Source: Parcubacteria group bacterium (GTDB lineage: Bacteria > Patescibacteriota > Minisyncoccia > Phycocordibacterales > Phycocordibacteraceae). Taken from it: a DNA stretch of 60,754 bases. The stretch covers positions 1 through 60,754 of the forward strand of contig JAQBQR010000005.1 in the NCBI GenBank assembly GCA_028286945.1. The letters are read 5' to 3'. Shown here piece after piece: positions 37,570 through 45,457 of this stretch (its first letter is position 1; every line of letters starts with the position of its first letter). The translations under genes and the position numbers were made by a program. The notes under the pieces were generated by a model. The model saw nothing but the letters and a program-made list of their open reading frames with translations. It had not been told where the DNA came from and did not search any database.

Positions 37570-38496
37570 ATGAAGACCTCCGTACGTGTAGTAGTAAGTA
37601 TTGTCGTGCTGATTGGCGTTTTGGTTGCTGGGTTTTTCTTGATTGGGAAGTACCGTCCAGAAGGTGCTGAGGCTTCAGTTCGCACCACGGTTACCGCATT
37701 TGGAACTCAATTACAAAAAGTATCTTTGCTTGCGCCGAATGCCACTTCAACAATCGCAGACACGTATGGTCGCTATGTCGCGGCACCACTGCTCACTACT
37801 TGGGAGAGCGATCCCTCAAAAGCGCCGGGACGCAGCACTTCTAGCCCGTACCCAGATCATATTGATATTCAAAGTGTCACCGAAGGTGGAGACGAGTCGT
37901 ACATTGTTTCAGGCTCTATCATTCTCATGACGAGTAATGAGGTTGAACACGGAGGAAATGCAGGAATTATTCCCGTAACCCTAACGCTGCAGAAGCAGGA
38001 CGGTGCATGGAAAATTGTTTCCTACTCAGAAGGTGCGCCGCAAGCTGGCACTCCCGCTCCTGCAGCAAACACCGCAACTTCGTCACCGGTCACTCCAGCC
38101 CCCGGACCCGTTTCAGGCGGCACACACCCAAAGCCACCGGTTCCAGCACCTACACCCACGCCCTCACATCTTTCGATAAGTTCCATTAGTCCCTCATCAG
38201 GTCCCACAGGAACATACGTCACACTCCACGGAACAGGATTTACCTCCGGCAGTCAGGTTGTCGTTGAAAACGGGCGCGGTGCTATTTCAAACGTACAGGT
38301 GAATGCTTCAGGTACCGTTCTTACGTTCAGCATGCCAAGCAGCGTTGGTGCGTACTGTAAGCCTGGTCAGGCCTGTCCAATGTATGCACTTCTCCTAAAG
38401 TCTGGAGTGCACAGCCTTTCAGTACGTAACCTCGATGACACCACAAGCAATTCCGTACAGTTTACCCTTACGTCTTCAGAATCAGATATTTATTAA
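37570..38496 (+). CDS. Secreted or anchored protein with Pro-rich linker and IPT/TIG-like C-terminal domain
   Basis: N-terminal TM helix. Pro/Thr/Ala-rich linker, then ISSISPSSGPTGTYVTLHGTGF. Confidence 0.5.
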   Translation: MKTSVRVVVSIVVLIGVLVAGFFLIGKYRPEGAEASVRTTVTAFGTQLQKVSLLAPNATSTIADTYGRYVAAPLLTTWESDPSKAPGRSTSSPYPDHIDIQSVTEGGDESYIVSGSIILMTSNEVEHGGNAGIIPVTLTLQKQDGAWKIVSYSEGAPQAGTPAPAANTATSSPVTPAPGPVSGGTHPKPPVPAPTPTPSHLSISSISPSSGPTGTYVTLHGTGFTSGSQVVVENGRGAISNVQVNASGTVLTFSMPSSVGAYCKPGQACPMYALLLKSGVHSLSVRNLDDTTSNSVQFTLTSSESDIY

Positions 38497-38512
38497 CTTA
38501 GGGTATAAGTCC

Positions 38513-39373
38513 TTAGTTGTTATCGTGTGCGACGATGAATGCCGCAATCTGATCAGCAACGCGGTGCCAAAGTGCCCATGCTGCGTCCATGAAATCGTGG
38601 AGGACCGCTACGTGATGATACCCAAGCCATAGGAGGAAGCTAAGAATAACTATCGACCAAAGTCCACCCATAGGACTGTGACGGTATCGTTTTTGCTGGC
38701 GCCATTCATTGCGTTTCCATGCCTTATGCTGGCGGGACTGGTGCTTCATTTCTTTTCGCCAATCCTTTAATTGCTTCCTCCAAACGGTGCCCCGCGCACC
38801 TAAATTTGCATACTCAGCTTTTGCACGAGCGATGACCTCTTCAGCATTGAAGGGAGTGCCACCTGCAGCAGCTTGTTCTTCTTGCGTACGAGCGGGCGGA
38901 ATGATCATCCAAGCGATGACATATACCCCTACGAAAGCGCCGGAGGTAAGAACGGCGAGCGCAACGAAAACAATGCGGACAATGGTAACGTCGATATCAA
39001 AATAAGTTGCAACTCCGTTCGCCACACCGCCGATATATTCACCTTTTTCAACACGATATAGACGCTTTGGTCCTTGTGCTGATTGTTTGTGCGCAGAGTC
39101 TGAAGAGTCAGACGTTGAATCACCACTCACCGGACCCATCTCGCGGATGATCGTTTGAACTTCTTCTTCACTAACCACCGACTTATGCGCAGAGAGGTAG
39201 CGGCTTATCTTGTCCGCAATGGCCTGCTCGAGGTCTGCAATGATTTCGGCCTGGTCTGGATTATCTGCCAGTCCTTCTTTGGCCTCAGCGAGGTATGCAG
39301 AAAGAGCGATGAATCCTGGTTCTTCAACCTGGTATGCATTTCCGTTGAGATTTATGCCGATTACTTTGTTCAT
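38513..39373 (-). CDS. PspC domain-containing membrane protein
   Basis: LYRVEKGEYIGGVANGVATYFDIDVTIVRIVFVALAV. Downstream of a PadR regulator. Confidence 0.8.
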   Translation of the reverse strand: MNKVIGINLNGNAYQVEEPGFIALSAYLAEAKEGLADNPDQAEIIADLEQAIADKISRYLSAHKSVVSEEEVQTIIREMGPVSGDSTSDSSDSAHKQSAQGPKRLYRVEKGEYIGGVANGVATYFDIDVTIVRIVFVALAVLTSGAFVGVYVIAWMIIPPARTQEEQAAAGGTPFNAEEVIARAKAEYANLGARGTVWRKQLKDWRKEMKHQSRQHKAWKRNEWRQQKRYRHSPMGGLWSIVILSFLLWLGYHHVAVLHDFMDAAWALWHRVADQIAAFIVAHDNN

Positions 39374-39385
39374 AGGTGCGGTGGG

Positions 39386-39715
39386 TTAGCGCGAAGCGCC
39401 GAGTGATTTGATGGTAGTAATGAGTTTCTTCCAATACGCCTCGGTCTCTTTAAGTTCCTGAGTTCCTTTTGCCGTGAGGCGGTAGTACTTTCGAGGTGGA
39501 CCGTTTTCTGATTCGCGCCATTCATACTCAAGCATTCCTTCGCGACGGAGTTTCGAGAGAAGGGGATAGAGGGTCCCTTCTTGAGTTTGAAAGTCGGTGG
39601 CAGAAAGACGCCCAAGAATATCTGCGGCATACGCTTCTTCAGCGCTAATAACATTCAACACCGCGAACTCGAGGAGTCCTTTGCGGAGTGAAGCGAATCG
39701 TTCGGTTGTTTCCAT
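39386..39715 (-). CDS. PadR-family transcriptional regulator
   Basis: LLEFAVLNVI...YAADILGRL...EGTLYPLLSKLRREGMLEYEWRESENGPPRKYYRLT. I chose the start at METTERF. Confidence 0.85.
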   Translation of the reverse strand: METTERFASLRKGLLEFAVLNVISAEEAYAADILGRLSATDFQTQEGTLYPLLSKLRREGMLEYEWRESENGPPRKYYRLTAKGTQELKETEAYWKKLITTIKSLGASR

Positions 39716-39819
39716 AATTAGAGACGCAAGGACATTGGAAGGTACCTTGCTCAGTAAAGGTACCATGGAGAATATAGGAGTGCAAGCCTCTGTGCATACG
39801 TGTGGATAGCGGGGGAGGG

Positions 39820-40569
39820 CTATTTTTGATCAATCGGACACCAATAACTCCAGCGCTCACGCTTTCCGGTCTTTGCGCGAATAATCTTGTTCCCGCAATG
39901 GGGACAGACGCCTTTTTGATAAATGGCGTAGTGCTTACGAAGTACGAACTTACGCTTCCAGGCGAGAAACTGTTTTGAATACGTTCGAGTCCTGGCCACA
40001 AGGGAGGTGAGTTGTTTGTCCGAGAGGTCTTTTATCAAATGCTGCGGGGCAATGCGTTCTAGCGAAAGTACTTCATTCTTAATAATGTTTCCCACACCAG
40101 CGAAGATCTCTTGGTCAAGTAGGGCATCATCAACCTCTTCGTTCGGCTGCTGTTTCAGAAGTTCCTTAACACGGGCCCCGTCCCACTTCGGCGACATAAT
40201 ATCTATGGAATAGTCATAGTCCCGTTTTGCATGCGCGGTCTCAAGTATTTTCACTGAACAGCTATACATGTTCACCACGCCGTTCTCGAACGTAAATGCA
40301 AGACGCGGCTCGCGGCTGCGGCGGTAGTCACCCGTAACCCACTCGCCCTCAACCTGAGCTTCATACGTTCCGAAGAGCATGAAATGGATGCGTACTGCGA
40401 ATGTATCGAATTGGAATACCAGGTGTTTGCCCCACGAAAAAATATCCTTTACTTCCTTCCCAACAAACTGATCCGTACCGAGCTTAGTGTTGCCGGCTGC
40501 AGACAGAATCTGTTTCTTTTTAAATGGTTTGAGATGTTCCTGAGCTAAGAAGAGGGAGGGGCCTTCCAT
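39820..40569 (-). CDS. Fpg/Nei-family DNA glycosylase (endonuclease VIII-like) lacking the canonical Pro2
   Basis: N-terminus is MEGPSLFL (canonical is MPEGPE or MPELPE). H2TH region present. C-terminal zinc finger CPHCGNKII...WSYWCP. Confidence 0.75.
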   Translation of the reverse strand: MEGPSLFLAQEHLKPFKKKQILSAAGNTKLGTDQFVGKEVKDIFSWGKHLVFQFDTFAVRIHFMLFGTYEAQVEGEWVTGDYRRSREPRLAFTFENGVVNMYSCSVKILETAHAKRDYDYSIDIMSPKWDGARVKELLKQQPNEEVDDALLDQEIFAGVGNIIKNEVLSLERIAPQHLIKDLSDKQLTSLVARTRTYSKQFLAWKRKFVLRKHYAIYQKGVCPHCGNKIIRAKTGKRERWSYWCPIDQK

Positions 40570-40679
40570 ATGCGTATCTAATACCTCTATGAATGAAGAC
40601 CAGCTGAAGCTTGAGTACAGGATGCCGCACTTGCACATCTGGAGAAGTCGATGAAGAAATAATACTTTATACTTCTCAC

Positions 40680-41165
40680 ATGAAATCAATCATAAACATC
40701 TCAGATATTGAGCAACAGGCTAGTCCTAGTCCCGTGCCAGACAATTTAAAAGATAAATACGAGGGAGCAACGATGGGATTCATCGGCTCACAGATTGGCG
40801 CGCAGAAGCTTGGATACAACATAACCGTGGTACCTTCCGGAAAGCGAGCATTTCCATTTCATAATCATTACGCGAATGAAGAAATGTTCTTCATCCTTGA
40901 AGGAGAGGGTGAGGTGCGCATGGGTACAGAACAGCACCCCATAAAGAAAGGAGACTTCATTGCTTCGCCAGCTGGGACAGGCGTTGAACATGCGCACCAG
41001 ATAATTAATACATCGGATGCAGAGCTAAAATATTTGGCGGTGTCCACAAAGATCTCTCCAGAATTGGCTGAATACCCTGACAGCGGTAAGTTTGGCGTCC
41101 TTGCTGAGAATTTCCGCTTCGTCGGCAACGCGAAAGATTCCTTGGACTATTGGGAAGGGAATTAA
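40680..41165 (+). CDS. Cupin domain protein
   Basis: FPFHNHYANEEMFFILEGEGEVRMG ... H at GVEHAHQIIN (cupin motifs 1 and 2). Confidence 0.75.
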   Translation: MKSIINISDIEQQASPSPVPDNLKDKYEGATMGFIGSQIGAQKLGYNITVVPSGKRAFPFHNHYANEEMFFILEGEGEVRMGTEQHPIKKGDFIASPAGTGVEHAHQIINTSDAELKYLAVSTKISPELAEYPDSGKFGVLAENFRFVGNAKDSLDYWEGN

Positions 41166-41243
41166 TGTAATGCGCAAAAAAGTATAAAAGGAGGGCCCGG
41201 CTGCGCATGCGCAACCGGGCCCCAGCCTTTCCTCACGCACGCC

Positions 41244-42647
41244 TCACGGCGTTTGCTTGGAAAGGAAATATTCGACGAACAGGGAGACGCCCGCTCCCAT
41301 CGAGCCCGGCGCCAGGTGCTCGTCGGGGAACACCTGCACCATACGCGGTGCGATGTCCAGGTGTGCGTAGTTCTCAGCGAACCCAGCCTTCTCCGCAAAG
41401 CGATGAAGGAACCAGGCCGCTGAACTGGCTCCGCCGCTTTTGCCGGACATACAGGCATTGGCGATGTCGGCCTGCGTGCTCCTCAGATAGTGAGCGTAGC
41501 GAGGGCCGAGAGGAAGTTCCCAGAGCGGGTCGAACCCAGCCTCGCCGGCCGTGATCAGATCACGAAGAAGGGTCTTGTTCGTGCTGAACACGCCGCTGTA
41601 CGCATCACCGAGCGCAATGTGCGCCGCGCCGGTCAGCGTGGCGATGTCGATCACCGTGTCCGGGCAATAACGCTTGGCGTACCAAAGCGCATCCGCCAAG
41701 ATGAGCCGGCCTTCAGCGTCGGTGTTGGTCACCTCGACCGAAATGCCTGCCGCCGTTTCGATGATGTCGTCGGGGCGGTAGGAATCGCCGTCCACGCTAT
41801 TTTCGACCGCAGGTATCAAGCCAACGACGTTCACTCGTGCCTTCAGCTGGGAAAGCGCCTGGATGGTCTTGAGGACCGTCACGCCTCCGGATTTGTCCCG
41901 GTGCATGCCAGGCATGTTATCCGACGACTTCATGCTGTTGCCACCGGTGTCGTAGCAGACACCCTTGCCGATGATGACATCCTGTATATCGTTGTCAGGC
42001 TTGCCACTGTATTCGATCACGATGAGTCGAGGCCCGTGCGTACCCCTGGCACCCCGGCCGACGGCGCGGATGAGATTGAGATCTTCACGTTTCAGGCCTT
42101 GATCCTCAAGAACGCGCACGGTGATATTCGCTTCGGACGCTGCCATCTTGTGCGCACACCGTGCGAGCTCTGCCGGCGTTGCAATGTTTGCCGGTGTGTT
42201 CGAAAGCGTCCGCGCCTCGTTGACGCACTGCCCGATGACCGTCCCTTCCTGGACGCCAGCGAGAAACGCTTCATCATCGCCGATGAGATTGATACGCATC
42301 GGCGCCTGACCATTCGTCAGATAGTCGTCGAAGACATAGGCGCCCATCAACGCCCCGCGCGCCATCATCTTGCCAAGCGAACGCTCGCTAAACAGCGTAC
42401 GGTCGAGCATTATAAAGTCGGCGGAATTGAGCTGAATCGCGGGGAGTTTGAAACTCACCGCGGCGCGCACTGCTTGGCGCACCACACGCTCTACCTCCCA
42501 TGGTCCAGCGCCGATATTGACTTGCAGTTCACTGACGGCGATGCCATCAGTGCGAACCAGCGAAGCCGGCAGTTCGCTCCCCATGGTGAGGGAAACGACT
42601 GCCACGCCCTCTGCCGGAGCAGCAGACGTGTTGATCTCGATTTGCAT
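41244..42647 (-). CDS. pepA: Leucyl aminopeptidase (M17 family)
   Basis: NTDAEGRLILADAL signature and VCYDTGG. Strongly G+C-rich third codon positions compared with neighbouring genes. Confidence 0.88.
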   Translation of the reverse strand: MQIEINTSAAPAEGVAVVSLTMGSELPASLVRTDGIAVSELQVNIGAGPWEVERVVRQAVRAAVSFKLPAIQLNSADFIMLDRTLFSERSLGKMMARGALMGAYVFDDYLTNGQAPMRINLIGDDEAFLAGVQEGTVIGQCVNEARTLSNTPANIATPAELARCAHKMAASEANITVRVLEDQGLKREDLNLIRAVGRGARGTHGPRLIVIEYSGKPDNDIQDVIIGKGVCYDTGGNSMKSSDNMPGMHRDKSGGVTVLKTIQALSQLKARVNVVGLIPAVENSVDGDSYRPDDIIETAAGISVEVTNTDAEGRLILADALWYAKRYCPDTVIDIATLTGAAHIALGDAYSGVFSTNKTLLRDLITAGEAGFDPLWELPLGPRYAHYLRSTQADIANACMSGKSGGASSAAWFLHRFAEKAGFAENYAHLDIAPRMVQVFPDEHLAPGSMGAGVSLFVEYFLSKQTP

Positions 42648-42755
42648 GATCTGTACCTTTCTGACGTTAAACGTCAATGAGCATGATTCGGAATGTTCCG
42701 AACCTTCAAACCCTAGTGCGGACTGTACCTTCTTTATGAAGAAGCGTCAAAATAG

Positions 42756-43553
42756 CTATTTCTCCGCAGTCATAAGTTCTCGAAGTATCTGGTTTCCGTC
42801 GATAACGCGCGAATTATCCTGCACATAGTGAATGAGTGAGAGAAGCATTTTCTGTATATGAGAATGTTTAATTTCGATAACCAGTGCTTCTTCCATACAA
42901 ATTAGATATACACTGTCCTTAAAGACGACCATCTCACCTTTGTTCTGGAAGTATGATTCATCAATTTCGTTGACTCGAGTGGTTCGACCCTCAAAGTGCT
43001 TTGCCCACTCCACACCCATCGTGGGTACAACACGCTGAAAGTGATCTTGAGGAACGATCACCTGCATTATCATGCGATGCTTTTTAATACTCTTGTTAAG
43101 CTCGTGGATCGTTTCGAGACCAATCAAATCACGCCACCCGTCGTATACATTTGCGCCTTGAATGCCGATACACGTTTCTCCCACATGTTCTTGATAAATG
43201 AATCGCATTAACTCGATGATAGTTTTCTTACCTCGGTATACTTTCACCTCAATATTTTTCTCTTCATAGAGAAGCTCTTTTTCTTCTTTTGATCCAAGGA
43301 GTGCCGAACGTGCCGTCTCGAAGACTCTATTGATTTGAGAAGGGTTTGCGATGTGCCAGAAACGCTTACCTTTCAGTGTTCCGGAAGTGATAAGACCTTG
43401 TTCTTCTAATTGATTGAGAATCGCATAAATTGCGGGGCGAGAAATTCCTGTTTCATTAGATATCGCTACAGGAGTGGGCAGCCCATCCTTAACGGCAGAG
43501 AGGACCTTTGAAGCAGAAGGGGAGAGCCCAAAAAGGGCAAAAGGATGTTTCAT
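42756..43553 (-). CDS. TrmB-family (winged-helix) transcriptional regulator
   Basis: wHTH LSPSASKVLSAVKDGLPTPVAISNETGISRPAIYAILNQLEEQGL. Divergent from the radical-SAM gene. Confidence 0.7.
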   Translation of the reverse strand: MKHPFALFGLSPSASKVLSAVKDGLPTPVAISNETGISRPAIYAILNQLEEQGLITSGTLKGKRFWHIANPSQINRVFETARSALLGSKEEKELLYEEKNIEVKVYRGKKTIIELMRFIYQEHVGETCIGIQGANVYDGWRDLIGLETIHELNKSIKKHRMIMQVIVPQDHFQRVVPTMGVEWAKHFEGRTTRVNEIDESYFQNKGEMVVFKDSVYLICMEEALVIEIKHSHIQKMLLSLIHYVQDNSRVIDGNQILRELMTAEK

Positions 43554-43714
43554 TTTTTGAATCTACCCTTTTTAACAAAAAGTGTAAAGTTTTCTCTACA
43601 TAGGAAATGGCGTTTTAGAAGACTTTTGTGCGCACTTTTTACAATCTTTGTTTTGCGTGGTCTAAAAAAATACTCTGTATATGGAGTAACTGAAATTTGA
43701 AATGGGAGGCAGAA

Positions 43715-44689
43715 ATGCGGAAACTAGATGAACTCTATGCAACGTTCGTGCTTCCGGCATTGGACTGCAACTTGAACTGCGCGTACTGCGTAATCAAACA
43801 ACGCAATGAGGCGAGTACATCCGAACTAACTGCCGAAGACTACATTCGATTCTTCAAGGAGATTCTTATTGACCTTAAAATCCGGCGGTTCAGCATCCAA
43901 GGGTACGAACCTCTTCTACCGGAGACGTGGCCGCTTACGAAGGAACTCCTTCAAATCGCAGGAGCATTCTTCTGCGAGTCGTCAGTCATTACGAACGGCA
44001 CATATCTGGCCGAGCATGCACAGGAGCTCGGCAGTTTTCCTGGCCTGGTGGATTCGCTCACGGTTTCCCTTGATGGCGACCGTGCGGAGGTTCACGACAA
44101 GCTGCGCAGAACGACGGGATGCTTTGACGCAGCGCTGGGTGGTCTACGCGCTGTCTCGAGGGAATTCAGAGGAATACTTATGGTGAACTCTGTGCTCTTT
44201 CCTGGAAAGACTGACTATCTGGCACGTATGCCGGAACTTCTTAGTCAGGTGGGGGTACGCGAATGGGCTATCTCTCCGTATATACACGTGGGCAAGAAAA
44301 CTAAAGTACCGAACCAAGTACAGATGCGGGAAGATCTTCTATACCTGACAGGGAAAGCCAGCATTTACGGAATCAAGGTCTATCTTTCCGACGAGCTTCG
44401 TCGCATGGATGGTACTGATCTCTACAAAGACTTCTATGTGCGAGGGCTCGGCGTGGACGAAGGAATCTTCCGGCTTTCACCTGACGGTTCCTGTTCGCGA
44501 GGCCAGGAGATACTGACCACTTCGAAGACTTCGCCAATGTGGGATCGCACAGAAGCCCCCGCAGCATTCTTGAGGCGTATCTTCGCAGAAAAGGATTGGG
44601 ATATGCAGCGGCGAAATGTATTTGCCCGAACGATCCGCCGATGGCACGCTCACTCGCAGTTTCGTCAATATTGGAAAGGAGGTGATTAG
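43715..44689 (+). CDS. Radical SAM enzyme (PqqE/AlbA/anSME-like core, no Cys-rich SPASM tail)
   Basis: CNLNCAYC (CxxxCxxC), IQGYEPLL and VSLDGDRAEVHDKLRRTTGCFDAALGGLRAV. gggagg lies 5 nt upstream of ATG 43715. Only one Cys in the last ~150 aa. Confidence 0.8.
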   Translation: MRKLDELYATFVLPALDCNLNCAYCVIKQRNEASTSELTAEDYIRFFKEILIDLKIRRFSIQGYEPLLPETWPLTKELLQIAGAFFCESSVITNGTYLAEHAQELGSFPGLVDSLTVSLDGDRAEVHDKLRRTTGCFDAALGGLRAVSREFRGILMVNSVLFPGKTDYLARMPELLSQVGVREWAISPYIHVGKKTKVPNQVQMREDLLYLTGKASIYGIKVYLSDELRRMDGTDLYKDFYVRGLGVDEGIFRLSPDGSCSRGQEILTTSKTSPMWDRTEAPAAFLRRIFAEKDWDMQRRNVFARTIRRWHAHSQFRQYWKGGD

Positions 44690-44690
44690 T

Positions 44691-44780
44691 ATGGGTGCGC
44701 TCTATGCCGGAGGTCTCGCACGCAAGAGAAGCTGGAAACAGTTTTTGCGTCGAGCCTTTCGGTTCTTCAAGGCGCAATAG
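44691..44780 (+). CDS. Small cationic peptide 1 (putative rSAM substrate/precursor), 29 aa
   Basis: MGALYAGGLARKRSWKQFLRRAFRFFKAQ. aaaggagg lies 8 nt upstream. The ATG starts 1 nt after the rSAM stop. Absent from the supplied ORF track, which lists nothing shorter than 60 aa. Confidence 0.6.
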   Translation: MGALYAGGLARKRSWKQFLRRAFRFFKAQ

Positions 44781-44813
44781 TATTCACACTTGGCATTAGA
44801 AAGGAGTATCAAC

Positions 44814-44903
44814 GTGGTTGCAGGATACTCAGGACGGCTGAAAAGTCGCCCGAGCCTGGGTTCGTTCGTCCGCAGAGTCTTCCGGTTCTTTCGGGAGCTC
44901 TAG
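44814..44903 (+). CDS. Small cationic peptide 2 (paralogue), 29 aa, GTG start
   Basis: MVAGYSGRLKSRPSLGSFVRRVFRFFREL. aaaggag lies 7 nt upstream. Same length as peptide 1 and shares the AxYxGxL...F[LV]RRxFRFF motif. Confidence 0.55.
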   Translation: MVAGYSGRLKSRPSLGSFVRRVFRFFREL

Positions 44904-44933
44904 GCGAATCATTCAAGAGAGGAGGTGGTCTCA

Positions 44934-45011
44934 ATTAGTGCGATCTACAGCGGTGAACTGGTGAGCCGGTCGACCTTTGTTCGATCCTTCGCCGGTTCGC
45001 CCGCCTTATGA
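44934..45011 (+). CDS. Third, divergent copy of the peptide gene (ATT or upstream GTG start; possibly decaying)
   Basis: (I)SAIYSGELVSRSTFVRSFAGSPAL. gaggagg lies 8 nt upstream of ATT 44934, and an in-frame GTG is at 44925. Indels relative to copies 1 and 2 disrupt the FRFF tail. Confidence 0.35.
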   Translation: MSAIYSGELVSRSTFVRSFAGSPAL

Positions 45012-45084
45012 GGTCGTTATAACTAACGACTAACATGATGACTGTGTCATCCGGGCCTGGTGCAGCCTGGGAACAGAATGCACC

Positions 45085-45113
45085 AACGCCCTCCTAGGAG
45101 GGCGTTTTTATTT
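45085..45113 (+). terminator. Intrinsic terminator closing the rSAM-peptide unit
   Basis: Hairpin aacgccctcc-tagg-agggcgtt followed by TTTTATTT. Confidence 0.7.
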
Positions 45114-45196
45114 GTTTCAAACGCACTCTCATGAATTCATCATCTAGTGACTGATATATTTTCAACATACAAGCTAATAAAAATTACCTTCAATTT

Positions 45197-45448
45197 ATGT
45201 CAATTATTCTCTGGATCGTGCTCGGCGCTATTGCAGGCTGGATTGCCTCGATGATTATGCACACCAATAATCAGCAGGGGCTTCTACTCGACATCGTGGT
45301 GGGTATCGTAGGGGCGTTGATCGGAGGCTTCGTTATGAATGCTCTCGGCCAGGGAGGCGTAAGTGGCTTTAATCTCTACAGTTTGGTTGTGGCGATTCTA
45401 GGTGCGGTAATATTGCTCGCGATTGTGAAGCTCGCACGTCGCGCGTAG
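45197..45448 (+). CDS. GlsB/YeaQ/YmgE (transglycosylase-associated) family membrane protein
   Basis: 83 aa. ILWIVLGAIAGWIASMIM...LDIVVGIVGALIGGFV is characteristic. Confidence 0.8.
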   Translation: MSIILWIVLGAIAGWIASMIMHTNNQQGLLLDIVVGIVGALIGGFVMNALGQGGVSGFNLYSLVVAILGAVILLAIVKLARRA

Positions 45449-45457
45449 ATAGGGTTC

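Noticed and set aside
41490-42680. 396-aa plus-strand ORF covering the whole pepA region.
   Set aside because: It is antisense to a gene with a clear M17 aminopeptidase signature. Its translation is Arg/His/Asp-rich junk. Long antisense ORFs are expected in G+C-rich DNA.
44373-44777. 134-aa minus-strand ORF across the rSAM 3' end and peptide 1.
   Set aside because: It is antisense to the rSAM gene and has no SD. Its product is Arg-rich and low-complexity.
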